Source: a virus (lineage: Duplodnaviria; Caudoviricetes). From it: a DNA stretch of 36,193 bases. Location of the stretch: IMG/VR virus record IMGVR_UViG_3300048580_000411, positions 1-36,193 of that record; one strand, written 5' to 3'. Every line of letters starts with the position of its first letter. Within the stretch, counting starts at the first letter, position 1. Shown piece by piece: positions 17,014 through 26,300 of this stretch. A program made the position numbers and the translations under genes. Below the pieces are notes generated by a model. That model was given only the letters and a program-made list of their open reading frames with translations. It was not told the origin of the DNA and ran no database searches.

Positions 17014-19590
17014 ATGTCGGCGGCGGTCATCCCGGCCATGTTCGCGAGCTCGAACCTTTGGCGTCCCACGCTGGACGCCAACGGGTGGGCGGTGCGCCCG
17101 AATGGCCCGGACGCGGGCGGGCCGGCGGGGACGGTGGTGCACGTCGACACGGCGGGGAGCGACGCCAACGACGGGAGCACGCCGGTTCTGGCGGTCGCGA
17201 CGATTGATCGTGCCTTTCAGTTGCTGAAGACCAACAACGCCGGCGTGGGTCCGCCTGGCAATCATCGCTTGCGGTTCAAGCGTGGTCAGAAGCATGTCGG
17301 CGGGATGAACCAGCCTGACGGCGATCCCGGCTTTCACTGGCCGGGTGGGTTGAGCGCGGCGGCTCCGTTCATCATCGAGGCGTATGGCACGGGCGACGAT
17401 CCGATCATCGTCACGCCCCAGACTTCCTCGCGCGATGCGGTGTTTGCGGGCGATCTGTCGCAGCACGTTTGGATGTTTGATATCACGTTCCGACCTGCAT
17501 CGCTGCAGGCGTGGATCGATGGCGGACCCAACCCGACCACTTCGCCCTTGCAGTGCATGGAATGGCTGGGGAACCGTCAGTTCTTCTACATGGAGAGCGT
17601 CGGGTTCGATGGCTACTCGGGGTGCCTGAAGATCACCCGCGCGGGCGGGGACGGGAAGACGTTCCGATCCTGCCTGCACCGCTGCCGGTTCTCGCGCGTC
17701 TACAACGCGACGGGGCTTTCGGGCGCGTTGTTCGTGGAAGGTGCCGAATCGCTCTTGCTCTCTGAGTGCTTGTTCACCGACATCGGCGAATGGGAAGGGC
17801 ACCCGGGCGGGGCGATCTATGGCAAGGCGTTGGATCAAACTGTCTACTCGGTGTGGAACACCACCAAGTCTCTGGCGCTCTCCTGCACGTTCGCGAGCGG
17901 GGCGCACTCCGCGCTGCAGTCGCGTGGGAACGAGTTCAGTTCCTACGACTGCTTCTACACCGACCACCCGGCATCGTTCTCGGCTGGGCACGCTCAGGCC
18001 GACGACGGCGCGGCCAACCCGTGGCCGACGTTCGCGGATCGCAGTCGCCAAATGTGGAACACCCTGCTGGGCGGCGCTGATATCTCGCCCGCTCCTGCGG
18101 ACTATCGCGGCTGGGGCTTGACCAAGGGGTTCTGTGTCACGCCTGCGGAGGCGGGCTGGAACGTCATCGCCAACAACACCCAAAGCAACGGCGGCGCTGG
18201 CGGTCTTCGCACCGACAACGACGATCGCGCTCAGGACCAATCTCAGAACCGCATCAACACGCTCGGCTGCGACTTTCACGACAATCTGATCTACAACTGG
18301 CGCGGGGCCTCGGGCAACTGTGCGGCTCTTGAGATTCGCTACGTCACTGGCCCGGGGTCGCCCTACTCGCTCCCGCCGGCGATGCGGTTCCGCAACAACA
18401 CGTTCATTCAGACCGACGCCACGCCCACCAGCATCTTCCTTGGCCGGCCACAAGGCCAGGGCGGGACGTGGGAAGGGAACAAGGTTCTGGGCGGCACGTT
18501 CCGCGGGCCGGCGGGCAATCTGACCCAGGCTCAGGCAGAAGCCGCGGTTGGCTCCACGTTCGCGCTGGCGTCTGTCTCGGGCATGACGACGCCCGGGGGC
18601 GTGACGGTCGCGGGCTACATGGAGTTCCTGGCCTACGCCGCGCCGGATCGGAACATCACCAAGTTCAAGGAAGTCTGCCGCGACATGCGGCGCACGACTT
18701 GGAACGGGGCGTTCAAGGGCGCCAGCATCGGCACCTGGGCCCGGGGCCGGTTCGCGATGCCCGAGCCCAACTACGCCGATCCCTTGGGCGGGCCGCTGGA
18801 TGTGACGCCCCCGCCACCCCCGCCCCCGCCTCCACCCCCGCCCACGGCTGAACGCGGGCGGACCCAGTGGCCGGCGTTCCCGGTGGTGACGGCGACCCAA
18901 GGCGACGCCAAGGCGCTGGACCTGCACAGACTCAACCTCAACGTGTCGCAGTGGTTTGACAACGAGCTTCCTTCGTGCGAAGTGATCGTGTCGGGCACGG
19001 GCACGACGCGGATCGCGCAGTGCCAGACCTATGGCCGGCGGCGCCTCAACGCCAACAACGGCCGCGCGGCGATTGCGGGGAGCACGAACGGCTGGCTGGT
19101 GGCGGTGTGGTTTGAGGGTGCGGGCGCGGTGGCGTTCGCGCAAGTCGCTGACGGCGTGCTGGTGGGCCAGTTCGGGAACGTGTTCATCCTGCGAACCTCC
19201 AAGTCGGGCGCGGTGCGGCTGGAAGTGACGTGCTCATCTTGGGCGAACGTCAAGGCGTGTTCGGCGACGTTCGCGCGGTGTGGCGATCTGCTCACCATGA
19301 GCAACAGCGACAACTTCGTGGTGGTGCCTCCGGCCAGTGGTGGCGGGCCTTACGGAGAGTCGGTGGTGGTGGACTTTGGCGCTGGCTCCAACCACGCCGA
19401 AGCGATTCAAGTTGCATCGTGGGCGTCTTCGTCGCTGGCCTATTCCTGCACGGTCGCGGGCGAGGATGGCTTGCTGGATGAAGTCGAAGCGACGGTGACG
19501 GACATCGTGGAAGGTGTCAGTTTCGTGGTGAAGGCGTACGCACCCAACGGATCAATCGGGACCAAGACCATTCATGTGATCGGAGTGTGA
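17014..19590 (+). CDS. Right-handed beta-helix (pectin-lyase-like) tailspike/depolymerase-like protein with poly-Pro linker
   Basis: VHVDTAGSDANDGS...ATIDRA...LRFKRGQ...IEAYGTG N-terminal signature, Asn-ladder repeats (NVIANN, DNLIYNW, RNNTF), and 12 consecutive Pro codons at 18808-18843 before a separate C-terminal region. Confidence 0.65.
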   Translation: MSAAVIPAMFASSNLWRPTLDANGWAVRPNGPDAGGPAGTVVHVDTAGSDANDGSTPVLAVATIDRAFQLLKTNNAGVGPPGNHRLRFKRGQKHVGGMNQPDGDPGFHWPGGLSAAAPFIIEAYGTGDDPIIVTPQTSSRDAVFAGDLSQHVWMFDITFRPASLQAWIDGGPNPTTSPLQCMEWLGNRQFFYMESVGFDGYSGCLKITRAGGDGKTFRSCLHRCRFSRVYNATGLSGALFVEGAESLLLSECLFTDIGEWEGHPGGAIYGKALDQTVYSVWNTTKSLALSCTFASGAHSALQSRGNEFSSYDCFYTDHPASFSAGHAQADDGAANPWPTFADRSRQMWNTLLGGADISPAPADYRGWGLTKGFCVTPAEAGWNVIANNTQSNGGAGGLRTDNDDRAQDQSQNRINTLGCDFHDNLIYNWRGASGNCAALEIRYVTGPGSPYSLPPAMRFRNNTFIQTDATPTSIFLGRPQGQGGTWEGNKVLGGTFRGPAGNLTQAQAEAAVGSTFALASVSGMTTPGGVTVAGYMEFLAYAAPDRNITKFKEVCRDMRRTTWNGAFKGASIGTWARGRFAMPEPNYADPLGGPLDVTPPPPPPPPPPPPTAERGRTQWPAFPVVTATQGDAKALDLHRLNLNVSQWFDNELPSCEVIVSGTGTTRIAQCQTYGRRRLNANNGRAAIAGSTNGWLVAVWFEGAGAVAFAQVADGVLVGQFGNVFILRTSKSGAVRLEVTCSSWANVKACSATFARCGDLLTMSNSDNFVVVPPASGGGPYGESVVVDFGAGSNHAEAIQVASWASSSLAYSCTVAGEDGLLDEVEATVTDIVEGVSFVVKAYAPNGSIGTKTIHVIGV

Positions 19591-19593
19591 ACG

Positions 19594-20205
19594 ATGGCGA
19601 TTGAGATTAGCGGCGTGACGCAAGAGGGTGGGTATTTGCCCACGGTGGTGCGTTCTCGCGGCACGGGCTTCAGCATCTCGGGCGCGACGGGCACGATTGC
19701 GGCCGCGCTCGCCCAGAACAGCACGATCTTCGCCATGCGACTCGATCCCGCCACAACCAAGCGGGCGTACATCGAGCGCATCCGCATCCAATACACCACC
19801 ATCGTCGCGTACACGACGGCGGTCACGGCGGGGCGACGGCTGGCGATCTTCCGCGGCTCGGGCGCGGCGGCGTCTGGTGCGACGGCGCTTGTTCCGGCCA
19901 AGAAACTGGCGAGCAGCGTGGATAGCGAATTCACGGTCGCCTTGGGCGGCGATGCCCGTATCTCCACCACAGGCGCTCTGACGGTAACGGGCATCACGTA
20001 CGAAGCCGACCCGTTCCGCACCATGAGCCTTTCGCATGTTGGTGCTGCAGGTGCGTTCTATGACCGAGTGTTTGAGTTTGGCAACGGCGAAGCCGCACCC
20101 ATCCAACTGGAACCGGGGCAGTTGCTGGCGATCCGCAACCCGGTGGCGATGGATGCGGCGGGAACGTGGCAGGCGATGGTGGATGTGGACTGGTACGAGA
20201 TTTGA
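19594..20205 (+). CDS. Hypothetical virion protein
   Basis: 203 aa, Ala/Thr/Gly-rich, GGAG SD, 3 nt after the upstream stop. Confidence 0.65.
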   Translation: MAIEISGVTQEGGYLPTVVRSRGTGFSISGATGTIAAALAQNSTIFAMRLDPATTKRAYIERIRIQYTTIVAYTTAVTAGRRLAIFRGSGAAASGATALVPAKKLASSVDSEFTVALGGDARISTTGALTVTGITYEADPFRTMSLSHVGAAGAFYDRVFEFGNGEAAPIQLEPGQLLAIRNPVAMDAAGTWQAMVDVDWYEI

Positions 20206-20220
20206 ACAGGAGCGTGGACT

Positions 20221-21366
20221 ATGGACCCTTTGACTGGACTTGCAATCGGTGGTGGACTCTCGCTGGTGGGCGGGCTGCTGGGCGGTTCGTCCAACGCGAG
20301 CGCGGCACGGGCGCAGGAACGCGCTCAGGAAAACCTGCGCCGTGACAACATGGATCAATGGGTCATGAACAACTACCAGCGGTTCCTGGAGTTGTACGGG
20401 ACCGAAGATGCCGCGATCAACGCGACCCGCAACCTGCTCACCGATGAACAGGAACTTCGCTATCTGGGCCGCGAACCACGCAACGCCAACTTCACCGAAC
20501 AGGATCAGCGGCGGCTCGCCGAACTGCAACAGGAAGAGTCTCGGCTGGGGCAGACTGCCGCGTTCCGCGGCGGGGCGTTTGCCAATCGCACGCCCAACCA
20601 GACTCGCAACAGTGGCCGGCTCGCGGAGATTCGGGCTGAGATCAATTCAATCAACGCCCGCTCGGGTGGGGATGCCGGCCAGATTGGGATGATCCGGCGC
20701 ACGGGCTACACCGCGCCGGGTGGTGGTTTGCTCGCCGAATACTCCCAACTGGCGGGCCTCAGCGACCAACGCACCGGGCAACTGATCGCCGACTATGGAC
20801 GCGACACCGAACAACTGCAAGGCGGCTACAACGAAATGGCGGGCCTCGCGTCGCAGTACGGTCGCGGGCGTGAAGAGTCGATTCGGCGCGACGCGGGCGA
20901 CCAAGAGCGGCGGCTGAACCAATCCTCGATGGCGAGCCTTGCGGCATCTGGCATCGCGGGATCGTCGCAGAACTTTGCTCTCGCGAACAACTCGCGGCGG
21001 ACCCAGCGGGACATGCAGGATCGGCTCAACGAACTGGGCGATTCGCAGATTGATCGCCAACTCAGCATCGGGGGCCAGCGGCTTGCGTCCCTCAACCAAC
21101 GCATGGCGGGCCTGGGCGCGATCCGCGGCACGGGCGAGGATCGGTTCTTCCAGTTGTCGCGGCTGCCCCTGGACCTGCGGTCAAGCGTCACGCTCAACAC
21201 CGGCCAAGCTCAGACGGTGCCGTACGCGGGCACGTCGCCAAACGCGGCGTTTGGGAGCACGCTGGCCAACACCATCGGCGGGTATGGCGGGCTGCTGGCG
21301 GGGTATGGACTTCAACAGGCGTTCGGCGCAGGCGATCAGCAACAGAATCGCACAGGAGGTAGGTAG
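20221..21366 (+). CDS. Putative DNA ejection/pilot protein
   Basis: MDPLTGLAIGGGLSLVGGLLGGSSNASAARAQ is the Gly-rich hydrophobic N-terminus typical of podovirus internal virion proteins. Gln/Gly/Ala-rich body and AGGAG SD. Confidence 0.7.
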   Translation: MDPLTGLAIGGGLSLVGGLLGGSSNASAARAQERAQENLRRDNMDQWVMNNYQRFLELYGTEDAAINATRNLLTDEQELRYLGREPRNANFTEQDQRRLAELQQEESRLGQTAAFRGGAFANRTPNQTRNSGRLAEIRAEINSINARSGGDAGQIGMIRRTGYTAPGGGLLAEYSQLAGLSDQRTGQLIADYGRDTEQLQGGYNEMAGLASQYGRGREESIRRDAGDQERRLNQSSMASLAASGIAGSSQNFALANNSRRTQRDMQDRLNELGDSQIDRQLSIGGQRLASLNQRMAGLGAIRGTGEDRFFQLSRLPLDLRSSVTLNTGQAQTVPYAGTSPNAAFGSTLANTIGGYGGLLAGYGLQQAFGAGDQQQNRTGGR

Positions 21367-21368
21367 TC

Positions 21369-21908
21369 ATGGGCGAGCTCAGAGTCTACACGACGTTCAG
21401 TTTCACCGACACCAAGAATCTCCATCCCCAGTGGCCGACGCCGAAGCTGTCGCCCGTCTTCGTCAAGGCGGTGGGCGACAAGAAAACGGTCGAGCAATTC
21501 AACATCCCCGCGGCCCGCGCGAGCAACGTCCTGATCTGGGACTACAGCATCGATGGGCCGTTCGATGTGATGGGTCTGCTCAATCGCACCGGCGGCGGGG
21601 TGTTGAACCTCTCGCTGGAGATTGTGAAGCCCACGGCGGTGACGCCATTCAACCCAACGCCCGATGGGGCGTGGGCGTCCTACGTCGAAACGCTGCAAAT
21701 GAGTTGCGCGACGGTGCTTTCGTTTGACTCGATCTATCGCGAGATCACCACGAACCGGGCGCTGATGGGCACGCTCAACGGGTCGGGCGTCCCCTACCCC
21801 GCGGCATCGGCGACGGGCGATGTGACCACGGGCTACATACGCCGCATCTACGCACAGAACCCCGGCACCGCGGCGATCACGCTCGAGAAGTTCGTCGTCT
21901 TCGCTTGA
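21369..21908 (+). CDS. Hypothetical protein (beta-rich)
   Basis: 179 aa, strong AGGAGG/AGGT SD region, typical codon usage. Confidence 0.65.
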   Translation: MGELRVYTTFSFTDTKNLHPQWPTPKLSPVFVKAVGDKKTVEQFNIPAARASNVLIWDYSIDGPFDVMGLLNRTGGGVLNLSLEIVKPTAVTPFNPTPDGAWASYVETLQMSCATVLSFDSIYREITTNRALMGTLNGSGVPYPAASATGDVTTGYIRRIYAQNPGTAAITLEKFVVFA

Positions 21909-21921
21909 TAGGAGTTTGACC

Positions 21922-23166
21922 ATGAGTCGCATCGACACGGGCGAATACGCACGGATCAATCTGGCGGGCCTCAACCAGGGCATCAACCTCGGCGAGAACG
22001 CCGATCGGATGCGGTTCGCGCAGGATCGGGCGGCGCAGGCTGACCAGCAACAGGCGTTCCAGAACCAAGCGTTCATGGGCGAACAGGCCATGCGGCTGAT
22101 GCAGATTCGCCAGCGGGCACAGGCGGCGGCGGAAGAAGTGAAGGCACAGAAGCGACAGCGGCAAGCGAATCAGTCGGTGCTGCAGGCGATGATGCTGGAT
22201 GACATGCAGTTTCAGTCGGCTCTGCCGACTCTGACTGAACTGCTACCTGACGCGAGCCCGGACCTGCAGCGTGGGCTAATGAATCGCGGGCAGACGGTGC
22301 GAGAAGTCGAATCGGCCAAGCGTGACTTGGAAACATTCAAAGCTCGCGGCGTGAAGCTGGACGAACGCAACGCCCAGCGATTCGAGCGGCTTGGGATCAC
22401 GGTGCCGACCACGATGATGCTGCCGACCATCGCCCAACAGAAAGAGGCGCAGGAGCAAACCCGCAAGGAAGGGTTGCTTGTGCTGGCCATGGATCAGGGC
22501 CTGATCGATCCATCCGAAATGGATCGGTTCATGCAGTACGCCGATGCGGGCGTGCTGGATGATGCCTTGGAAATGCGGGGCGCTCAGGCGAAGGCCCAGC
22601 AAGCCCAGCAAGAGGCGGCGGCGAAGCAGACCCACAGCGCTCACATCGGGCACCTGATCCAGAAGAAGCGGGCTGGGGTCGCCCTGTCACCGCAAGAGGA
22701 AGGGATTCTCGCGACGACGCCGGGGCTGTCGGAGTTTGAGACGACAAACAAGCAGGAGTTCAATCAGGCGGGTTTCAATCGCAGAACCATTCAGGACATC
22801 GAAGGCGAACTTCAAGCCGTCGATCAACAGTTGATCGAACTTGGCATCGCAACGCCAGGCGCTCGCGCCGGGTTGCCTGTCACCATCAACAAGGAAAAGG
22901 CAAACGCGGGCGCGCCGGTTCGTGACGAAGACACGATGTGGAGCGATGGCAGCCCTGCCACCCCGGAGTATGAAGCCGCTCAGCAACTGCTGAATCGTCG
23001 GCAGTCGCTGATCAGCGAGCGAATGCGAGTCGGCCAGCAACTGGTGCCCGGCGCGGTGGACGGCAAGGCGATTCTCAGTGAGTTTGAGCGTGCGAATGGT
23101 CGGAAACCGAGCGAGACAGAGCTCGCCGACTTGCTACGGCAAGCGTCACAAGGAACCCCCCGATAG
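21922..23166 (+). CDS. Putative internal virion/ejection protein
   Basis: Gln/Ala/Glu-rich coiled-coil protein between the pilot gene and the giant protein. AGGAG SD before ATG 21922. Confidence 0.65.
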   Translation: MSRIDTGEYARINLAGLNQGINLGENADRMRFAQDRAAQADQQQAFQNQAFMGEQAMRLMQIRQRAQAAAEEVKAQKRQRQANQSVLQAMMLDDMQFQSALPTLTELLPDASPDLQRGLMNRGQTVREVESAKRDLETFKARGVKLDERNAQRFERLGITVPTTMMLPTIAQQKEAQEQTRKEGLLVLAMDQGLIDPSEMDRFMQYADAGVLDDALEMRGAQAKAQQAQQEAAAKQTHSAHIGHLIQKKRAGVALSPQEEGILATTPGLSEFETTNKQEFNQAGFNRRTIQDIEGELQAVDQQLIELGIATPGARAGLPVTINKEKANAGAPVRDEDTMWSDGSPATPEYEAAQQLLNRRQSLISERMRVGQQLVPGAVDGKAILSEFERANGRKPSETELADLLRQASQGTPR

Positions 23167-23290
23167 CGGCTACCGCGCCCGGGATGACGCTGTCGTCCCA
23201 CCCATTCTTTTCAACCAGCACAGCAAACAGCACGGCCCCAAGGAAGAAGCAAAGCACACCAACCCCAGACGCCAGAATCCACCTGTTCAT
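23075..23290 (-). CDS. Small two-TM membrane protein (moron-like)
   Basis: MNRWILASGVGVLCFFLGAVLFAVLV-EKNGWDDS-VIPGAVAAIGGFLVTLAVASRR fills the gap between two + strand genes. Extended -10 TGaTACACT lies 6 nt before the ATG. Confidence 0.6.
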   Translation of the reverse strand: MNRWILASGVGVLCFFLGAVLFAVLVEKNGWDDSVIPGAVAAIGGFLVTLAVASRRALSRSVSDHSHAQTH

Positions 23291-23334
23291 GCCAGAAGTG
23301 TATCACACGGCACAAGTCCCAATAGGAACCGAAC

Positions 23335-26300
23335 ATGAGTCGCGCTGCAGACCCATTCTTGGAACAAGCCCGAGCGATCTTGGCCGAAGACTCTGACCCC
23401 TTCTTGGCTCAGGCGAGGGCGCTGCTTGGCTCGTCCGCTACGCCGGGTGTGGCCCTTCCCCCCGTCCCCTCCAACCTGGGCACGCTGGGCGGTGCGCTGG
23501 GTTACGTCGGGGGCGTGACGCGGGCGGTGCTGCCCGAGCAAGAACGGGGCTGGATGGCCGATCTGGGCGTGGGGCTGATGCAGGGCATCCCCCAAGCCGC
23601 CCAGCAAGTCGGGGGCGTGCTGCGCATGGCCGGGCAAGCGGTGGACGCTCCGGGCGAAATGACCAAGGGCGGCGGGCTTGCGCCGCAGTTGCAGGATGCG
23701 GGGCGATACCTGACGCAAACCGGGCAAGGCGTGGCCCAGGCGTTGCCGCAGACCCAGGGCTTTGCGGGCGATGTGGGCATGGCGATTCCCGGCGCGATGG
23801 GCATGGTCGGCGCGGGCGTGCTCACGGGCGGGCTGGGTGCGGCGCCGATGGTGGCAACCGGGGTCGGTGCGCTCACGGGCGGGGCACAACAGGCGGGCGG
23901 GGTCTACAACGAAGCCTTGGGCCGGATGGGGGACACTCCCGCAGGCCAACAGATTGCCGCAACCGAAGGGGCCATTGCGGGCGGTGTGTCGGCGGTGATG
24001 GGCGCGGTTCCTCTGGGCCGCGTGCTGGGGCCGGTGCTGCAGCGCATGACGGGCAAGGTTGCTCCAGCGATCATCAACCGGGCGGCGGGTCGCGTCGGGC
24101 AGAGCGTGGCGGGGCGGCTGCTACTGGACGCGGCGGGCGAAGGCTCACAGGAAGCGGCGGACGAACTGACCGAGATGTTCTTGCAACGGGTGGTCGAACT
24201 CGATCCCAACGCCTTCGACGGGTGGCAAGGTCGGGTTGCTCGTGCCGCGGGCGTTGGTGCAACGCTCGGGGCTGGTATGGGTGTGGGCGCGGAAGTCGCC
24301 GGAAGGGGCCAAAATGCAAATCGTCAAAACAACCAAGGCGGGCAAGATTCGTCGGTGTCACGGGCGGGTGGGCCTGTACCTGCTGGCGGGCCAGTTGTTC
24401 CCGGTGGCGGCGGTGTGGCACGCCCCGGCGATGCTGCGCAACCGGCGACGGGCCAAGCGGCGGGGGGTGTTGTCGAGCAAGGGGATTCGTCCGATCCTGA
24501 ACTGACGGACGAAGAGGCTCAGCGAATCTTTGACGGGGAGGACGCTGCGCCTGCGGTCGATGCTGCTGGCATCCCGATCCCGCGCGGGGCGGGTGGGTTC
24601 CAGGGCGTCACGAACGAGGGGACGTTTGTGCCGCCGGAACTTCAAGGGCGGGCAACTTCAGAGCCATCCACGCCGGCCGATCCAGGGCTGGACCGGAATA
24701 GTCAACGTCAAGGCGACGCGGCATTGGCTGCATTGCTAGACACCACGCGGGAATCCACTCTGCCGAGCCGTTCGCAAGAGGCGTTCGCAGGTCCACAGTC
24801 GGATGCCTCACAAGGTTCTGCATCGGTCAGTCCTTTGGGGGGCCAAGCACAAGGGTTTTTGCCCGCGTCTCGACCTGCTGACGGTGACGGCAATTTCGAC
24901 ACCACGCCGTCACAAGAACAAGCTCGTGTTGAAAGTGATTTTCCTGAAAACACGCCTTCATCAGCGTTCCGCAGTGCGGACAAAACCGAGGCAGTCGGAC
25001 TTCCTCGTCCTGATCGCCTGGAATCGAGAACGCGCGAGCGTAACCAAGGGGTGGCTGGGCAAGCATCCCCCGATTCTACCCCCGACCTCGCCCTGATGTC
25101 GCAGAAGATCAAGGGCACGGTCACGCTCGCGGACCCGGCCAAGGTCACCGAAGCCGAACGCAAGGCCGAATCGCGGCTCTCGTCCCTTGGGCGGCGGGTG
25201 GTGTGGGTGGACGCCAAGAGTGACACCGTGGACCTGCGCGGGGCGGTGGCGGGTCGCACGCCGACCACGATCTACCTGCGGCGCGGGCAAGGAAACGTCA
25301 AACTCGCGGCGGTGGCACTCCACGAAGTCATGCACTCGGCGAGGCGCACGAACCGCGAACTGGCCGACCAACTGGTGGAAGTCTTCGGGCGTGATCGCGT
25401 GCTCGCGCGTGGGCGACAGGAACTCGGCTTGCAGTCCGATGCGGGCGTGGATGTGGCTCAGGGCGACGACGCGGCGATTGACGAAGGCTTGGCGGGGCTG
25501 CTCGAAGACGCGGCGGCGGCGAATCCTGAAGACGCCAAGAGTGACAATGCCGACCTGCGTGCTCGCATCCTCGAGACTCCCGGCCTGCTGGATCGGCTGC
25601 GGGTGTGGCTCAAGCAGACTCTCAACTCGCTGGCCGGGAAGGGGTCGCAGGAAGTCGTCCATGCGATGAAGTTGCTGGATCGGCTCGAAGCGCAAGCCCG
25701 CAAGGAAGCCGGCACGCGCGACACTGACAGCGTGGCGTGGGCGCAGACGGCGACGGGGATCGCGAAGAAGGTCGAGGATGCCTATTCGAGCGGGTCGATG
25801 CAGGCCATGCAGGAGCGTGGCGACAACCTGCTGGCGTCCAGCCCATCCATGAGCCGCGAAGTCTTCGATAGCAACCTCGAAGGCTACGCCCACGAAGGCG
25901 ACGTTTTGAACTTCTCGGGTCCGATCCCCACTGAGATCAAGAGTCTGGTCGGCAAGCGCGGCATCCTGAAGTATGGGTTCCGGGCCAACGTGAAGGGCGG
26001 CAAGGCCGAAGACTCGTTCGCGTCGATGGGCGAGGATCGCTTCATGGAAGCGGTGAAGGCCCAGTACGAAAACCGCACCGGCAAGGGCAAGGTCGCGGCT
26101 CTTCGCAAGGCGATGGAACCCGAAGCCCGGTTCATCGCGGCGTTCGCTGAACTGACCCAAGGGAAGAAGCCCATGCCCAGCGTGCCTCAGCGGGTGGCTG
26201 GCCTTGGCGTGGGCGATGTGGTCCGCATTCAGGATCAGGCGGCGAGGATCGACGAAACCGACGACGGCGAACTGGTCCTTCGTGGCGGGCACTTCAACGG

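Noticed and set aside
18808-18843. C-rich tract as a phase-variable slippage site
   Set aside because: Mixed Pro codons (CCC/CCG/CCA/CCT) break the homopolymer, so it is better explained as a protein linker.
2717-23166. Genome-wide TAG reassignment (genetic code 15)
   Set aside because: Other TAG stops (4618, 13070, 23166) end genes normally. The next gene is out of frame or an in-frame TGA follows soon, and long genes are not peppered with TAG.
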